This document shows, one piece after another, positions 29,801 through 40,078 of a stretch of DNA of 64,000 bases. The notes below the pieces were generated by a model. That model searched no databases. It was not told where the DNA came from and saw only the letters and a program-made list of their open reading frames with translations. A program made the translations under genes and the position numbers. The DNA comes from an uncultured virus (IMG/VR IMGVR_UViG_3300025133_000083) (taxonomy: Duplodnaviria; Heunggongvirae; Uroviricota; Caudoviricetes), in the IMG/VR virus record IMGVR_UViG_3300025133_000083; one strand, given 5' to 3'. Every line of letters begins with the position of its first letter. The stretch's first letter is position 1.

Positions 29801-32800
29801 TTGGATAATCTTTCTAGCGATATAGAGGCTCTTGAGAATTACGAGCAGCCTAAAGCGGAGGTTAAGAAGGAAGAAAAGGTTGAGTTAGTTAAGAAAAAGG
29901 ACGAAAACTTAACTAAGGAACCCGTTATTAAAGAAAAGGCTGAAAAAGTTAAACAGCCAAGTAAATCCGAGAAGAAAACAGAATCCGTTGTAGAGGAGAA
30001 GACGAAGGAGGAAGTTGCCGAAAAACCTAAGCCAACACACACCGTAAAAGGGGAGAAGGTTGACGCTTATGATTTAGGGATAGTCCCGAAATCTTCGCAA
30101 TCGGCTGCTGACATGGGCATTAAACCCGTCTTTAGTAAAGTAACCAAAAAAGAAGGTCTTGAGGTAATTGACGAAAAAATAGACGACCAATCCAAATATA
30201 TATCAGGTCTTGAAAAAAGTTTGCAAAAGGAGAAAGATGAAGACGCTAAATATGGATCTGAAGGGGGTGGTGTAAAAGCTTTCACTTCTCAACTTAAAGA
30301 AGCCAATGGGCAACTAAAGGAGTTAGAAGGTAAAAAGAAAGAATTTCTAAGCCGATTTAAAGCAGAAAAACCCGTAGCAAAGCCAACCCCTAAGAAGGCT
30401 GAGAAGAAACCCGAAGGGGCAGAGAAATTCAAAAATGAAGTCTTTGCTGAAGCTAAGAAGCAAGGGATAGACCCGAAAGACCTTAATGTTGAGGACATTG
30501 AATTAACACACAATGCAACCATCCAAAACGCGGAGGAATACATAGCGCAATACAAAAAAGGAGAACACGGTTATCAAAAAAAGGCGGAAGAAAAGCCAAC
30601 CTTGCAAAAAGGAGAGGTGGTTAAAACGGTAGGATTACCAAAAATTGTTGATGGGAAACTAAACCCGTTTTTAGGAATTGAGGGGGTGGTTACTGATGTT
30701 TCGAGTGAAGAGGTAACTATTGACACGAAGAAATATGGGCGTATTTCTTATTATCCAAAAAACCTAGAGTCCGTTTCCAAGAAACCCGAAGCAAAGAAAG
30801 CCCCCGCAAAGAAGGAGCCTAAGAAGAAAGAAGCTAAGAAAGACCCCCAAATAGAGGCAATCGCTAAAGATGTCAGCATGAAGGCTTCCGACATAAGGGG
30901 GTTATATCAGGTCGCTAGAGACATCTTCGGGCAAACACAGGACAAAGCCCTTGCATCGGCTATTGTTATGGATGCTATGATAGGGGAAATGGCTTCTAGA
31001 GAAGGAATCTCTAAAGAGGAGATGTACGACAAAATAGAGTTTAGGAAAGGGGATAAGGATACGGAGAAGGCTCTTAGAGAAGGTAACGAAGCCATATTTC
31101 AAGGAAAGAAAGAGGTTGAAGAATCTAAGAATCTCATAGCCTTCCATAATCTAAACGCACTTAACGTACATAATATTGACAATATTGGAGGGATACCGAT
31201 GCCTTCCTTAGCTGTAACTAAGAAGGATATTCCATTTGAATCTTATGGCGAGATTTCTTTAATAGCCGATAAGAGTATGGTTGACCCCAAAACAGGGGGA
31301 AGAACATTTGCATCGGATATATATTCTCCAAGGTATCCAAGCATTACTTATGACGCTAATTACAAGCAATTACAGAAAAGGTTTGGTCAATACGAAAGTC
31401 TATTGCCTGAAAACATAAGTAGAGGTACAATACACTCTCTAGTAAGCGAAATTGAAGAAAGAGGACTAGAAGAGGCGCATAGAAATTCACTGATTCAGGC
31501 AGCATATTTACAAGAAACGCAAGGTAAGCTACCTAGAATCAAGAACGTACCTAAGCCTAAAGTAAGTAAGGCTTTACTTGAACACTACAAGAAGCAGAAA
31601 GAAGAAAAAGGTTGGTATGATTCATTAGACGCTCAGAAGGATGAAGAGTTTCAGGAGTTGTGGTTGGACGAGCAAAGAAAATATTATGAATCTAAATTAG
31701 GGAAAGAAGAAGGGTTGGATGTATTTAACAGCCTGTATAGCGATGGGATTAAACATCATGCGTATCATGGGATAATCAATAAATTATCACAAGCGGCAAA
31801 CCCTAACATAAGGCAAGATGAATTAGCATTCAAAAGAGCGTTAGAAGACAAAACCACAGGCAATCCATTAAGAGAGAGAAAATTCAAAAAGTGGATTGAT
31901 AATCAATTCAAAGACATAGATATAAATGAGAAGCTATTTACGGGATATGACCGAGATGGTTCAAGAAAATATCTAAATCACACAGTAGAGAACGTAATGC
32001 GTATTCTTAAAAAGGGTGATTTAAGAGGAGGGGAAGCGTGGAATTACGGAGCAGGATCATTACGTTCAGCGGTTGTGCCGAAATTCAAGTCCGTACAAGA
32101 CATAAAAGACTCTGAAAATAAGCTTATTACAGATGAGGAGTTTGAAAAGATAAAAGACGAAGCTAATGAAGCACTAATTGACTTAGCCCACAAAATATCT
32201 AAAACAAACTCTCGCCCTAACTCTAATCCATTCATGGAGACTGATAGGGTAACGTCAATAATCGAAGAGGCGGCTAAAACAGGGAGGTATGACTTTTCTG
32301 AGTACGGGTACAATATGACTCCTGAATTGTATCAAGAAGTCAGAGATTTCTTGGAGAAACTTAGAAATATGCCAACAACATATTTCGAGTCTAAACCCAA
32401 GCGTGTAGTTGATCTATCGGAATTTAAAGCAGCATTAGTTCCTAAAAACGTTGACAAAAAAGCAGAGCAAATACTTAAAGATAAAGGGGTTAAGATCGTT
32501 AAGTATGACCAAAGAAAAGAAACAGGGCGTAAAGAAGCGTTAGACAAATACATTGAAAAAACTAAAGACATCCTCTTCCAAGACGATACAACCCCCGAAA
32601 TATGGAAATCAACCGCGCAGGAGGGTCTTTCTAAGGTACAGCAGAAGAACGCTACACCCGAACAGTGGGTTAAAATGATAGCCGATAAAGGCGGGAAGGG
32701 AACCTTGCAGGAGTTGGAGTGGATAGGACTCAGCGATTTCCTTAACGATTGGAAGAAGTCGAATAAGGCGAAATCCGTTCCGAAAGAGGTTGTAGAGCAG

Positions 32801-35800
32801 TACATAAAGGACAATCAAATTGAGGTTGTCGATGTTACGAGGGGGAAGCCTGAAGAGAAGGAAAGGGCTACGAGAGGTGCGATTTCAGACATTGAGTTAG
32901 TAGATGACACATGGTACGTGAATATAGGTGAAACTGAAATTACAGTACGAAAGTTTGACGCTGAAACAGAAAACGAAGCTATTGACCATGCTCTTGACGA
33001 ATACAATGATGAAGAATACGGACCTACTGTAGATAATCTTGCTAATACCAAATACTCCCAATACGTACTCGAAGGCGGAGAGAATTACAGAGAGGTTCTG
33101 TTGACGTTGCCTGATGTAGGGTTAAAAGCCATAGGGGAATACAACTCAATATACGGTGATGAACAGATATTTTTAAAAGAACTGAATATTCCTACTGAAG
33201 CAGATAGAGCTAAAGCAAAAGAATTCGAGGACCGATTAAAAGAAGCAAAAGAGAAGCTTCCTCAAGACGTAGCTTTCCAAGCAGGATATGCCTACAGCGC
33301 AAAAACTCAAGACGACTATATCTCAACTCATTGGGACGGACAGAAAAACATCCTTGCCCATCTAAGGATGAATGAAAGAACACTTCCTAACGGGGAGAGG
33401 GTTCTGTTTTTGGAAGAAATGCAAAGCGATTGGGCGCAAGGAGGAAAGAAGGACGGGTTTAAAAGAGATCTTAACCAAGAAGAGAAGGACAGAATAGAAG
33501 AGATTGAAGTCGAAAAAGGGGAAATCCTTTCTAATATCCCTAGTCTACAATATCTAAAAGAAATACTAGGGTCTTTGGACGAAATGTCTGAATACAACGA
33601 GTACACAAAGAAGTCTCCTGCGCATAAATTGAGGTTCATGTATTCTGTAATAGAGCCTAACATGGAGATGCTGCAAAGAAGGCTCGAAGGGAAATTCATG
33701 CCTGAAGATGAAGCCCGTGAAAGATACATGGACAACGCAAGAGGTCGTGTTGATTATTGGTTTAAAAATGCAAGATCAGTTCCTGAAGTAACCGACAAAC
33801 AGCTTCTTGAATTATTTGAATTATACAAGAAGGACGCAACCAAACAAGGAACCACTAAAGTATTTGAAAGAGGGCTTGGTAGAGAGGATATTACAATAAA
33901 TGACTTGGTTGAATACGATAAAATTCACGAAGAATCGTTGACTATTGTGTTCAATGCTGACAAAGCCAATTCTGTTCCCGACATGCCTTACAAGAAGACC
34001 GACCAGTGGGTAGGTATGGCTATGCGAAGGGTTATGAAGATGGCTGCGGAACAGGGAATGGATAGAATTGCTTGGGTTACAGGTGAACAGGCTGCGGATA
34101 GGTTTGACCTGAGCAAGCAGATACCTTACTTGCAATATGATGTGGTCGAGGATTCGGACGGGAATATTGATAGCTACGTTTTAAGAGTTCCAAATGAAGG
34201 CGGTGCTATTCAGCAGGAATTAGACCTGACTGAAAGTGAACTTGAATCGCATGTAGGAAAGGAGGTTGCTCAAAAAATAATTAACCAAGAAGGCAACATT
34301 AATAAAGATGTAAAATCCGTAGATGGAGTGTTGTACGGAGGTAAAAAACTTGTAGGCAATGACCTAAAAGTAGGCGGTGAAGGAATGAAAGCCTTTTACA
34401 ACAGTATTCTCCCTAAAGTAGCGAAGAAAGAGGCGCAACGTTTCGATAAGAAGGCTAGGATTGAGGTTGTTGACATGCTCAATACAGATGATATGCCAAT
34501 CGACACATACGCAGTACCGTTCGATAAGGCTGTTCATATTTTACAGGAAATTCCAAATAAGGAGAGTCTTAAAGATGGAGATTGGGTAATTAGCCATAAA
34601 GGTGAATATGTAAGTACAATTCCCAAAAACAAGGCAAAAACTGAAGACGATGCACTTGCCCAATGGGTTAGCACCAATATGGGGACTAGTGAAATAACAA
34701 AACAACCTTCCAAACAACTCTCTATCCCGATAACCCCCGAAATGAGAATGAACCTTAACGGGGCTATTCCACTTTTCCAAGGCGCACAGGGAGCAATGCT
34801 TGCTGAAGACGGTAACTACGTTATATACGCTCTTACCGACCCTAACGTAAGCACACCTTTACATGAGCTAAGTCATGTTTTCGAGAAGTACCTATCCGAA
34901 GATGAAGTGAAGAAGGTTCTAGCTTGGACAGGACACCGTAAATGGGATACAAAGACATCCGAGCGTTTTGCTAGAGGGTTCGAGAGGTATTTAAAGAACG
35001 GAAAGGCTCCAACACCGCAACTTCAGAAGATATTCGACAAGTTCAGGTCTTGGCTTACCGACATCTACGAAACGGTTAAGAATTCCGAAGTGAACATTCC
35101 TTTAAATGACGACATGATAGAGATATACTCTAAAATGTTGGGAGCCGAAGAGGTTCAGTCATTCGTAGAGGAAATGGAACAGAGAGTGGCTGATGAGAAA
35201 GCGGCTGACGAGAAGTTTGCAGAGGAAGAAGCGGCTAAAATGGACGCTAGAGCCGAAGAAGAAGCGGAAGAACTCAAAAGCCTTAAGTCTTCTGATGAAG
35301 AGATGACGAAAGAGGATTGGATTCGAGAGAATATAAAACTCACAAAAGGAGATGTAAAGAAATACGCTGACCTGAAGGCTTGGGAAGAAAGCAAGCAATA
35401 TTACAGAGGTATTGTTGATTGGAGCAGCGATAAAGCACAGGTTGACACAGCGGTAGAGGTTCTTTCAGGAGAATCAGGACAGGACATTTCAATACAAGAC
35501 GTTATTGATTGGGCGAACGGTGTAGCAGCAGAAAGGTCCACAACGGGTTCAACCGACAAGAAGATCCCTGCAATAAAGAAAAGGAAGCAGCCAACTCAAA
35601 AGAAAGCCATTACCAACAAAACATCTGTTGGAGACATGCTTAGGAAGCTTTCTGAAAATGTAGGGGGCATTAAACTAGATACAGACCCAAGAAAGGCAAG
35701 AGGATTCATCATTCCTCCGCAGTTATGGAACTTAGCAATAGCGGCAGCCGAAAAAACACTCGACCTTACCGCTACGGGCGCTGACAAAACAACAGAATTT

Positions 35801-38800
35801 GTAGATTTCATTGTTGACTTTATAAAGAAGTCTAAGGAATATAGGAGGGCAAAGCATAAAAAGGCTATAAGCGTGAGGAGTAGTGTTCTCGACAAGATGG
35901 GCATTACCCAAGATGAGTTTGATAAAATGCGTAAGCAGGCAACGGAGATATACAAGAAGCAAGCTAAGAAAGAGGCTGATAAAGACCTTAAAACAAAGCT
36001 GAAAGACGCTAAGAAGGAAACAGCACGACTTCTCAAGAAGTATGACGCAGAGGAGCAGGAAACCCGTAGAAACTATTCCCCTAGAATGGTTGATGCAGGA
36101 GGGAAATCTGTTGAGAAGACAGTAGCAGGAAGACGAGCATACAGAGGGAACATACGAGATGAAGTAAAGGACTTCCTAGAAGGAAACGGTCTAGATAGGA
36201 TAGTTGTATCCCAAGAGGAACGGTCTGTAGCAGCAACAGCCTTTATAGACCAATTCGGAGAGAATAATGCAATAGAGGCGGTAAGAGAATACGATGTAAG
36301 GGGCGCTCAAGCAGCTTCCATACTCGCTCAAACCATTAAGAACATCGACCAACGCATGTCTGAGCTTACAGCAACGGATGTTGATGAATTGGACAGACTA
36401 TCCAAGAAACAGGCTGATGTTATCGGGATAATGGATAGAGAAGCCTTTACGGGTGGTAACTTCAACTCGCAGTTAGCTTACGAATATGCTGATGCTGATT
36501 TAGGCTTCAACGTAGATAAGATCATAAGCAAGTGGGAAGAGGACTTCAGCGAAGAGATACCTAAAGATGTTGAGGATAAGTTCCGAAAGTGGGATGAAGA
36601 ACGACAAGAGCTTAAAGTTCAATTAACGGACGCTATAAAACGTGCTGAAGCAGCAGAAGCGGATGCGGCTATTAAGAACATACGGGAATCTGTCGGAAGA
36701 GCCAAGGAAGGAGGTAAAACCTACAAGGCGAAAGCGAAAGACCTTGCAGCCCAATTCAGAAAGCTTAAAACAAAGCCGATTAAATTCAGGGATGCAGACG
36801 GTAACGAGATAACAATCACCGAGAATGCTATTATTTCTTGGAACGATATTATTGAAATCGGAGCGAAAGCAATTGAATTGACAGGAGATATTGCTGACGG
36901 TATAAAAGCTATGAAAGATGCTCTTGCCGATGCTGATTGGTTTACCAAACTAGCAAAGAGAGACCAAGACGCAGTTGTTCAACAACTAGAGGACCATTTC
37001 AGTGCTGATACCGCTGAAGAGGTAGTAGAAGAGCAGGGAATTAAAATCCCAAAGGCTGTTATCCGAGAGTTGGTAGAAGGCGGAATAGACAACATCGAAG
37101 ACCTAGTTGAAGCGGTTAAGGAGTTCCTTATAGAGGACTATCCTGACGTTACAGACAGGGAGATAAGAGATGCTATTACAGGTTACGGGAAGACCGTAAA
37201 CATGGATAAGACAGAGGTTGGGAAGGAAATAAGACGACTGAAGGAAATAGGTCGTATCATATCCCAATTAGAAGATGTTGCCAACAAGCAAAGACCCCTA
37301 AGAAGTGGAGCGCAAAGAAAACCGTTTACGGCAGAGCAAAAAGCGGAGATAAGAAGACTGAAGCGACAGCTTAGAGAGGCGATGAAAGACCTTCCTATCG
37401 ATTCCGAAACAGAAGCCCGTCAATTAGCTACTGCATTGGATGTAGCGAAGAACAGGTTACGTAATCAAATTGAAGACCTAGACAGGGAAATAAAGGAGAA
37501 GAAGGTAGCAACTAGAAAACCTAGAGACCTGAAGGGAGATGCTAAATTAAAGCAGCTAACAGAGAGGAGGGACGCTTTAAAAGCCATACATGACGAAACC
37601 TTTAAGGATGACGAAAAACTCACACAGCAGAAGATAAACGCTGCTGTAAGCGCCACTAAGAAGAGTATTGACGAGTACGAGCGAAGAATAAAGGAAGGAG
37701 ACCTATATCCTGAAAAAGCACCTCCACTACCTGAAACCCCTGAATTGAAGGCTTTAAGAGCTAAGAAGGATAAGCTGAAGGAGACGTTGGAGGCAATGAG
37801 AAGGGCTGCTAATCCTAAGAGAACAGAAGCTCAAAAAGCTCTAGATAGGGTCAATAGAAGCATTGAAAAAGTTGAAGAGCGCATTGCTAAGAAGGAGTTG
37901 ACAAAAAGAAAGAAAACCCCGATAGTAAGTGCTGAAATATCGGCAGCTAAGAAGGTATTGGCAGAGCAGCGAAAGCTTTTACGCCAAATGCAAGAGGACG
38001 CAGGGATAATAGAAGACCGCAGACTTGAATTGGCTAAGAACCGTGTTAATTCACGAATAAAGGATTTCGAAAGAAGGCTTTTAACAGGTGATTTCTCCAA
38101 GAGAGAAGCTAAACCTCTTATTCAGGATACCGAATTAGCGGCAATACAAGGAGATCTTCTCCGAATAAAGGAGGAGTACGAAAAGGCTTTCTACAAAAGG
38201 AAATTGCAGAACAGAACAGCAGGAGAAATCCGTTGGGACAGGTTTTGGGATGGATGGGCTTTACTAAGGGTTATTAAGGCTACGGCTGAAGCTTCTTTCA
38301 TACTTATACAAGGTGGGACACAAACGATTGCACATCCTAAGAACGCTTTGAAAGCCCTTAAGAATTCTTGGGATTTCTTTAAGAGTGAAAGACATTCTGA
38401 GCAATGGATAAGACACATCAAGTCGCAAGAGTTCTATCCTGTTATGAAGCGATCCAAATTAGCCCTTACGGAGCCACACGCAGAGCTTAAGGCAAGAGAG
38501 GAACTTTTCTACAGCGAATGGTTTACTATGGTGTGGAATATCTTAGGAAAACCTTTGAATATTCTTGGAGAAAAAGCTTACGACAAGTTTGTAGCGGCAA
38601 ACCCTGTTCAAGCTATTGAACGAGCAGCGGTAGGGTACTTGGACACGCATAGAGCGTTGAGATTCCTGCAAGTAATGGAGAAACTTGAATCCGAAGGGAA
38701 ACCATTTCACGGCAACGAGCAGGAGTATAAAGACGTAGCTGATGTGATAAACACCTTAACAGGTAGAGCTTCACTAGGCAAGGCTGAACTGTTTTCTGAC

Positions 38801-40078
38801 AACCTGACAAAGGTGTTCTTTTCACCTAGAAATTGGGCTTCTCAATTCAAAACAGCCACTCCTTACGCATTCATTCACTTCGGTAAAATGAGAGCAGGGG
38901 CAGAGCCTTGGAGGACTTCTACAGCGCAGAAAATGGTATTAGGGGACCTAAGTAAGCGTGTAGCTTTTACTATGTCAATGCTTACGATGGCTGCTGTTTA
39001 CTTGAACAACGATGATGACGATGAAACAGGTGTAGAATTTGACCCTAGAAGTTCAGATTTCCTTAAAATCAGACTTGGAAGAATAAGAATTGATCCTTGG
39101 GGAGGAATGATACAGCAGGTCATATTAACAGCAAGGATGCTTATGGATGTTCTGCATGATGTAGACACAAAGGCAGGTTTAAAAGGAAGACTCAGTAAAG
39201 GAGGGATGAAAAAAGATGATGGCTCAATACTTCCTTTGGGAATGGCTTATAAAACAAGAAATAAATGGGAAGCAATGGAATCGATGGCAATAAACAAGCT
39301 ATCGCCAACCGCACACCTACTTTATGAATACCTTACTAAAAGTGAAGATGCTGAAGGTAATTGGGAAACCCCATACGGACAGGAGTATGAAATTCTAGAA
39401 AGCGTTGAACCATATCCTATATATTGGGGATTATGGGGGGAAGAGGAGTTAAATGTAATTAATGAGTTAAGGGAGGGCGACCCATCCGCACTTGATGGAA
39501 TGCTTTTATTCTACGCTTTCTTAGGGGGTGGTGTTAGTGTTTACGAGAAAAAGGACAGTAAATCCAAGAAGGGAGAAGCTGAAACAGCTTTGGACGAAGA
39601 AGAAACACGAATTTCAGAAGAAAGGAAAGCTATTAAGGATGAAGCTCTATCCAAGATAACCAATAGTGGTCCAATAAGAACCTCACAAGTAAGGGAGGAT
39701 GTAGCCGAAAAGCTAGAAAGAGACCTAAAGAAGGTCAACGGGAAGTCGGTTGGTTGGAAGTCCTTACGAAGGAACCTTGCAGAGAAACACAATGTATCTG
39801 TTTTTAGAAACGATTCTACGGTAGCGCCTCTATTGAATTCTTTCCTTACGGAGCCGCAAGAAGGTTCTGTTGGGTCCATAAGAGATATAAATACATTAGC
39901 CGCCAAGTATATTGACGACTTCCTTGATAAGGAAGATTATAAGGGTCCTTGGAAAATGGATGTAAAACATAGATCCGCCCTAAAGAAGCTCCTTAAGCAT
40001 AAGGAAGAAGCAGAAAAACAAGAGTTCATAAGGGCTGTCAATAAGTACATACGAACACATCCAAAAGCCAAGAAATGA
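26819..40078 (+). CDS. Giant polyvalent (probably virion-ejected) protein with zincin metallopeptidase domain
   Basis: 4419 aa. STPLHELSH...ERFARGFERYL metallopeptidase, long coiled coils, G/A-rich hydrophobic segments, C-terminal DPRSSDFLKIRLG...IDPWGG. Confidence 0.7.
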   Translation: MQDKQTWKPPTDAVVEEDAQWTPPTDALTKEDPEKKKTSPSSSQDGSDVLQASQESSSKEPQPEVQPEETQIEPEVADPDFIPTPDQPLEGLGGEARQPISVLQDPLEASRKVPEENPFKAFERIQGEREGLDKSHLSDAPAIDFGGKWAKAKEQKEEEISGKMSSSQAQLEKNLPKVNERLNEMFKEDFVIGDALSREFITKDTDGMDVPDAESLSEYAKEKAEEMGLPEDGYAWKHIWNKAKDHIAYKIIQPRVEKEAEAIYKEKHGTSIKDAGSSDEIAKYADIQGIQDKAILEFKSFQDEQLEQADQYANELVLNKYGAEPDEVVAQMNERNEQNMAAIEAQYGRFIQGEQFTGTEEQFAEYQEVNKQARQAYEQEFSEVLATLSSAEAEANRRYKRTVLAKGEEIERGMKSIMEDKRKLIDPLIQERIGDAYNQAYKKVAGDDENAKNLVERSFGENLTSTMTSAFSGSIKAMGTTFGNQRMQEWGDYMEKHYHIGDVNMEEWSDWLDLSKAARSTGNLIGTMGTSMIPAIAAGAVTGGLGASPFVSGMVASIAGFGGESSDLAGRMYDDTFRETGDAAKAAERSKMVFDSQMILAPTYMLEMLPVFGDLTTKFTKGLFSKVLLGAGIEYTTETFLQEFPQNSFEKAIREDEDLAKVFKHMTWASLEETAKNTVGVVFMGGAGQANQHFSEKLDDKAAEKKLKANAKTMAAKVALGRLSDNDAQQAILKMVAQKGVRFADAVISSTWQSGEITYEQAGPLLANVKTAESVIGKVREYNLSDVHSYVLSSMFLKHEKAEQEAEREKSGVIQKLKQKKAASIQADIDAMFSKGEAHYATLTYANGDFAVLTVDEARKKMKEEGFAKTFEEGDLKMEAFGPEAEQFAEELNAVLDVKEEAPKAKEKAKPTPEQAAERQETLKKREEAGIEPEVMKDAPKQIMNTVLDVAEGKPVSKQQAKSASDWLYKEFKKVKAMKGDENAPISQDKVQTYLDNLSSDIEALENYEQPKAEVKKEEKVELVKKKDENLTKEPVIKEKAEKVKQPSKSEKKTESVVEEKTKEEVAEKPKPTHTVKGEKVDAYDLGIVPKSSQSAADMGIKPVFSKVTKKEGLEVIDEKIDDQSKYISGLEKSLQKEKDEDAKYGSEGGGVKAFTSQLKEANGQLKELEGKKKEFLSRFKAEKPVAKPTPKKAEKKPEGAEKFKNEVFAEAKKQGIDPKDLNVEDIELTHNATIQNAEEYIAQYKKGEHGYQKKAEEKPTLQKGEVVKTVGLPKIVDGKLNPFLGIEGVVTDVSSEEVTIDTKKYGRISYYPKNLESVSKKPEAKKAPAKKEPKKKEAKKDPQIEAIAKDVSMKASDIRGLYQVARDIFGQTQDKALASAIVMDAMIGEMASREGISKEEMYDKIEFRKGDKDTEKALREGNEAIFQGKKEVEESKNLIAFHNLNALNVHNIDNIGGIPMPSLAVTKKDIPFESYGEISLIADKSMVDPKTGGRTFASDIYSPRYPSITYDANYKQLQKRFGQYESLLPENISRGTIHSLVSEIEERGLEEAHRNSLIQAAYLQETQGKLPRIKNVPKPKVSKALLEHYKKQKEEKGWYDSLDAQKDEEFQELWLDEQRKYYESKLGKEEGLDVFNSLYSDGIKHHAYHGIINKLSQAANPNIRQDELAFKRALEDKTTGNPLRERKFKKWIDNQFKDIDINEKLFTGYDRDGSRKYLNHTVENVMRILKKGDLRGGEAWNYGAGSLRSAVVPKFKSVQDIKDSENKLITDEEFEKIKDEANEALIDLAHKISKTNSRPNSNPFMETDRVTSIIEEAAKTGRYDFSEYGYNMTPELYQEVRDFLEKLRNMPTTYFESKPKRVVDLSEFKAALVPKNVDKKAEQILKDKGVKIVKYDQRKETGRKEALDKYIEKTKDILFQDDTTPEIWKSTAQEGLSKVQQKNATPEQWVKMIADKGGKGTLQELEWIGLSDFLNDWKKSNKAKSVPKEVVEQYIKDNQIEVVDVTRGKPEEKERATRGAISDIELVDDTWYVNIGETEITVRKFDAETENEAIDHALDEYNDEEYGPTVDNLANTKYSQYVLEGGENYREVLLTLPDVGLKAIGEYNSIYGDEQIFLKELNIPTEADRAKAKEFEDRLKEAKEKLPQDVAFQAGYAYSAKTQDDYISTHWDGQKNILAHLRMNERTLPNGERVLFLEEMQSDWAQGGKKDGFKRDLNQEEKDRIEEIEVEKGEILSNIPSLQYLKEILGSLDEMSEYNEYTKKSPAHKLRFMYSVIEPNMEMLQRRLEGKFMPEDEARERYMDNARGRVDYWFKNARSVPEVTDKQLLELFELYKKDATKQGTTKVFERGLGREDITINDLVEYDKIHEESLTIVFNADKANSVPDMPYKKTDQWVGMAMRRVMKMAAEQGMDRIAWVTGEQAADRFDLSKQIPYLQYDVVEDSDGNIDSYVLRVPNEGGAIQQELDLTESELESHVGKEVAQKIINQEGNINKDVKSVDGVLYGGKKLVGNDLKVGGEGMKAFYNSILPKVAKKEAQRFDKKARIEVVDMLNTDDMPIDTYAVPFDKAVHILQEIPNKESLKDGDWVISHKGEYVSTIPKNKAKTEDDALAQWVSTNMGTSEITKQPSKQLSIPITPEMRMNLNGAIPLFQGAQGAMLAEDGNYVIYALTDPNVSTPLHELSHVFEKYLSEDEVKKVLAWTGHRKWDTKTSERFARGFERYLKNGKAPTPQLQKIFDKFRSWLTDIYETVKNSEVNIPLNDDMIEIYSKMLGAEEVQSFVEEMEQRVADEKAADEKFAEEEAAKMDARAEEEAEELKSLKSSDEEMTKEDWIRENIKLTKGDVKKYADLKAWEESKQYYRGIVDWSSDKAQVDTAVEVLSGESGQDISIQDVIDWANGVAAERSTTGSTDKKIPAIKKRKQPTQKKAITNKTSVGDMLRKLSENVGGIKLDTDPRKARGFIIPPQLWNLAIAAAEKTLDLTATGADKTTEFVDFIVDFIKKSKEYRRAKHKKAISVRSSVLDKMGITQDEFDKMRKQATEIYKKQAKKEADKDLKTKLKDAKKETARLLKKYDAEEQETRRNYSPRMVDAGGKSVEKTVAGRRAYRGNIRDEVKDFLEGNGLDRIVVSQEERSVAATAFIDQFGENNAIEAVREYDVRGAQAASILAQTIKNIDQRMSELTATDVDELDRLSKKQADVIGIMDREAFTGGNFNSQLAYEYADADLGFNVDKIISKWEEDFSEEIPKDVEDKFRKWDEERQELKVQLTDAIKRAEAAEADAAIKNIRESVGRAKEGGKTYKAKAKDLAAQFRKLKTKPIKFRDADGNEITITENAIISWNDIIEIGAKAIELTGDIADGIKAMKDALADADWFTKLAKRDQDAVVQQLEDHFSADTAEEVVEEQGIKIPKAVIRELVEGGIDNIEDLVEAVKEFLIEDYPDVTDREIRDAITGYGKTVNMDKTEVGKEIRRLKEIGRIISQLEDVANKQRPLRSGAQRKPFTAEQKAEIRRLKRQLREAMKDLPIDSETEARQLATALDVAKNRLRNQIEDLDREIKEKKVATRKPRDLKGDAKLKQLTERRDALKAIHDETFKDDEKLTQQKINAAVSATKKSIDEYERRIKEGDLYPEKAPPLPETPELKALRAKKDKLKETLEAMRRAANPKRTEAQKALDRVNRSIEKVEERIAKKELTKRKKTPIVSAEISAAKKVLAEQRKLLRQMQEDAGIIEDRRLELAKNRVNSRIKDFERRLLTGDFSKREAKPLIQDTELAAIQGDLLRIKEEYEKAFYKRKLQNRTAGEIRWDRFWDGWALLRVIKATAEASFILIQGGTQTIAHPKNALKALKNSWDFFKSERHSEQWIRHIKSQEFYPVMKRSKLALTEPHAELKAREELFYSEWFTMVWNILGKPLNILGEKAYDKFVAANPVQAIERAAVGYLDTHRALRFLQVMEKLESEGKPFHGNEQEYKDVADVINTLTGRASLGKAELFSDNLTKVFFSPRNWASQFKTATPYAFIHFGKMRAGAEPWRTSTAQKMVLGDLSKRVAFTMSMLTMAAVYLNNDDDDETGVEFDPRSSDFLKIRLGRIRIDPWGGMIQQVILTARMLMDVLHDVDTKAGLKGRLSKGGMKKDDGSILPLGMAYKTRNKWEAMESMAINKLSPTAHLLYEYLTKSEDAEGNWETPYGQEYEILESVEPYPIYWGLWGEEELNVINELREGDPSALDGMLLFYAFLGGGVSVYEKKDSKSKKGEAETALDEEETRISEERKAIKDEALSKITNSGPIRTSQVREDVAEKLERDLKKVNGKSVGWKSLRRNLAEKHNVSVFRNDSTVAPLLNSFLTEPQEGSVGSIRDINTLAAKYIDDFLDKEDYKGPWKMDVKHRSALKKLLKHKEEAEKQEFIRAVNKYIRTHPKAKK

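Noticed and set aside
110..39906. Many antisense ORFs overlapping the large genes
   Set aside because: S/F/L-rich shadow frames of E/K-rich sense genes, with no motifs or leaders.
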